Positions 48,416-50,805 of a DNA stretch of 50,805 nucleotides are shown piece by piece (the stretch's first letter is position 1; each line of letters opens with the position of its first letter). A program made the position numbers and the translations under genes. The notes beneath the pieces are model-generated. The model saw only the letters and a program-made list of their open reading frames with translations. It was not told the origin of the DNA and searched no databases. The stretch lies in sequence record SRR31156797_3786; one strand, given 5' to 3'.

Positions 48416-49145
48416 ATGAGTATTAAAACAAGTGACCTGGGCCTGCATGACCGAATAAACGCAGAGCTTGAAAAAAAGTTCATGCGCCAGGCCATTGCCA
48501 ATGCCCAAGACCTGCTCAACAAGAAACGCGAAGACGTATTCGAAGAGCTGGGTAACTATGAACACTGGAGAAGTCAGGCATCGGCTATTCGACACAATGT
48601 CCTTGAAAATCTTGATTACTACCTTGATCTGTTTAGCCGCAAAGCCAGACAAGCCGGAGCCCATGTCTCTTTTGCAACCACCGATCAGGAGGCAACAGAA
48701 CGCGTACTTGCAATCTGCAACGCCAAAGGTGCCTCTAAAGTGGTCAAGTCAAAATCCATGGTTACCGAAGAAATCGGACTCAATGAAGTACTGGAAGAGG
48801 ATGGGATACAGGTCGTTGAGACAGATCTCGGTGAATACCTGCTCCAGATAGACGATCACGACAAGCCTTCCCATATCGTGGTGCCTGCTTTGCACAAAAA
48901 TCGTGATCGAATCCAGCAAGTTCTCAAAGAAAAAAAAGGATACGATGGGGACAACCTGCCTGAGAACATGACCAGGTTTGTCCGCCACCTTATACGCAAA
49001 GATTTCCTTGAAGCCGACATTGCCATCACTGGGTGCAATTTTGGAGTGGCGGAGACAGGGACCTGTACCTTGGTGACCAACGAAGGTAACGGGCGATTCG
49101 TCACCACCGTTCCCAAAACCCAAATTGTTGTAATGGGTATGGAAC
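48416..49145 (+). pseudogene. lutB: Lactate utilisation protein B, 5' half only, interrupted by an IS110-family element
   Basis: VVKSKSMVTEEI, ETDLGEY, PSHIVVPALHK, VTNEGNGR. Homology stops at VMGME, before the Fe-S Cys motifs. Confidence 0.9.
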
Positions 49146-49250
49146 ATACTATTAGGCAGCCAACAAAAAAGCTTCTCTTTCATGAGTTGATGTAGAGTAC
49201 CTTGATTGTCGCACACAATCGGAACCCTCAACACAAAAGGAGAAGCTGTT

Positions 49251-50540
49251 ATGAAGATTACGCAAACTGCCTTGAAAATCAACCTCAATAATGTTGTCGA
49301 CATAGCTGTGGATGTCCACCGGGACACCCTTTGCTTTTTCTTTGTCATTGAGGGGAAAGAGTTTTCCGATATTTGTAGCAACCGAACACAGGTAATCGAC
49401 ACACGGCTGAAGCAGTATCTTGCTATCTCTCGGGATCATGGCCGTGATAATTTGCGAGTCATCTGTGAGCCCACCGGGCAATACCAAAACAAGCTCATGC
49501 GAACGGCAAGGCGGCTTGGCTGTTTTACCAACTTTGTTAATGCGGAATCCGTGGCGAAATTTCGTGTTGTCGAAAGCAATGACAGTAATAAAACGGATAC
49601 CAAGGACCCACGAGTTATTGCAACCTTGGGCAAGCTGAACAAGGTGATCAAGTTCAGGCATCTTCGACAGGAGTATTTGATGCTCCGAAAACTGCATAAA
49701 ATCTATGATGAGTGTGACGTTACACTCTCCAGTCTTCGTTGCCGTGTGAACAGCCTGTTGGTGGAGCTCTTCTGTGACTACTCTTTTCAAAAAGACTTTT
49801 TGTACAGTAATTCCGGTCTGGCCTTGGTCGAGCAATACGGCTGCAACCCTTACCAAATCGTTGAAGACGGCTACACCGTTTTTTGCCGGAAAATGAGGAA
49901 AAGTGCACCGCGAATAAGGTCCAGCAGTCTTGAACGACTGTGGTTCGATGCCTCTAGCTCTGTCCTGAACGAGATGCCGAAAGGGTATATCCGTATCCTT
50001 GAAGAGCACCTCTATGCATATCTTGATGATTACTATAGCGTGTTGAACCGAAAGGAAAAAATCACCAAGGAGATGGAGGGGATTCTCGATGCTTTGCGGC
50101 AGGATGATCCCTTGATCCCACCACCGACACCGCAGCTTATCTCTGAAAAGAACCTGGCGAGATTGCTTGCCGAAACTGGGCCGTTGGGTGACTTTGCCAA
50201 TTGGCGTAAGCTGATGCGGTACGCAGGGTTTAACCTTAGAATGCGCCAAAGCGGCACTTTCCAGGGGCAAAACAAGATTAGTAAAAAAGGGCGAAGGCTG
50301 CTGCGAAAGGTCCTGCAGGCGATAGCGCTGCCTCTTGTGAGAAAAGGAAAGCTCTATGGTGACTATTACCATACCAAAAAAGACCAAATGAATATGCCCG
50401 GAACTAAGGCGATGACTATTGTTGCCCGTCATCTGTTGCGTAAAATATATGGCTGGTGCCGATCCGGTACGGAGTTTAATGAACAACGTTTTTTTACCTG
50501 TAAAAGCAGGCATGAGAAAATGATTGCTAAGGCAGCTTAG
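49251..50540 (+). CDS. IS110-family transposase/recombinase
   Basis: IAVDVH (D), CEPTG (E), KTDTKD (DD), RQSG catalytic Ser, ISKKGRRLLRK; ATG at 49251 with AAGGAG RBS. Confidence 0.95.
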   Translation: MKITQTALKINLNNVVDIAVDVHRDTLCFFFVIEGKEFSDICSNRTQVIDTRLKQYLAISRDHGRDNLRVICEPTGQYQNKLMRTARRLGCFTNFVNAESVAKFRVVESNDSNKTDTKDPRVIATLGKLNKVIKFRHLRQEYLMLRKLHKIYDECDVTLSSLRCRVNSLLVELFCDYSFQKDFLYSNSGLALVEQYGCNPYQIVEDGYTVFCRKMRKSAPRIRSSSLERLWFDASSSVLNEMPKGYIRILEEHLYAYLDDYYSVLNRKEKITKEMEGILDALRQDDPLIPPPTPQLISEKNLARLLAETGPLGDFANWRKLMRYAGFNLRMRQSGTFQGQNKISKKGRRLLRKVLQAIALPLVRKGKLYGDYYHTKKDQMNMPGTKAMTIVARHLLRKIYGWCRSGTEFNEQRFFTCKSRHEKMIAKAA

Positions 50541-50570
50541 CAGTGAAGAATAAGTAAGAAAAAAAGAAGT

Positions 50571-50763
50571 AAGTCCGGTGAACCCTGGTCCGAAGATGAC
50601 CGCCAGTCGTTTGTGATCCTTGATGGAATCATCAGTGAAATAATCCGTCACTCGGATCAGGTGTTCCCGACATGGCCGATAAAGTATGGATGTCCCGCTC
50701 CCTAATTGGGCCAGGACCGAAGCTTGGTATGATTGCCAGTCGTGAACGGATGCCATTGGACTT
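50571..50763 (+). ncRNA. Candidate bridge/seek RNA in the IS 3' non-coding region
   Basis: Closing helix AAGTCCGGTG/CATTGGACTT; inner helices CCTGGTCC/GGGCCAGG, TGATCC/GGATCA, GACAT/ATGTC. Confidence 0.6.
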
Positions 50764-50805
50764 TTAATAGAAGTATTACATCTTCTTCGAGAGAATAGAT
50801 TTATT

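Larger units (their letters stand above)
49145..50772 (+). mobile_element. IS110-family insertion sequence, IS1111-like organisation
   Basis: DEDD transposase; imperfect sub-terminal IRs CTATTAggcagCCAA (49149-49163) and TTGGacttTTAATAG (50756-50770); long 3' non-coding region. Ends are accurate only to within a few nt. Confidence 0.85.

Noticed and set aside
49152-50756. 534-aa antisense ORF spanning the IS
   Set aside because: Shadow of the transposase frame, with no recognisable motifs.

Overview
Core-genome window of an anaerobic bacterium, inferred from gene content to be Desulfobacterota (probably Desulfobulbales-like). In order it carries: tRNA-Sec (selC), an ABC-2/HlyD efflux operon, leuDC, the mercury-methylation pair hgcAB, a ThDP decarboxylase with a PflX-like radical SAM gene, an AlaC-like aminotransferase, pabBC, a cobalamin-riboswitch-controlled cbiK, a molybdenum-storage-protein homolog, tgt-yajC, a U32/FmdE/cupin/radical SAM operon, a purine-nucleoside ABC operon with gpt, a sigma54-linked DASS/NhaD/phosphorelay cluster, and lutA-lutB with lutB cut by an IS110-family (IS1111-like) element. 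Four signals are missed by the ORF track. (1) hgcA probably starts 77 codons upstream and reads through an in-frame UGA in a Cys-Sec (PCUGP) motif followed by a SECIS-like hairpin. (2) An Ala-rich leader peptide with a complete set of alternative hairpins and a terminator lies upstream of the AlaC-like gene, a candidate alanine-sensing ribosomal attenuator. (3) YajC may carry a Sec/Cys tail. (4) The IS110 element has a structured 3' non-coding region that is a candidate bridge/seek RNA. All calls come from reading the sequence by eye; no searches or folding programs were run.
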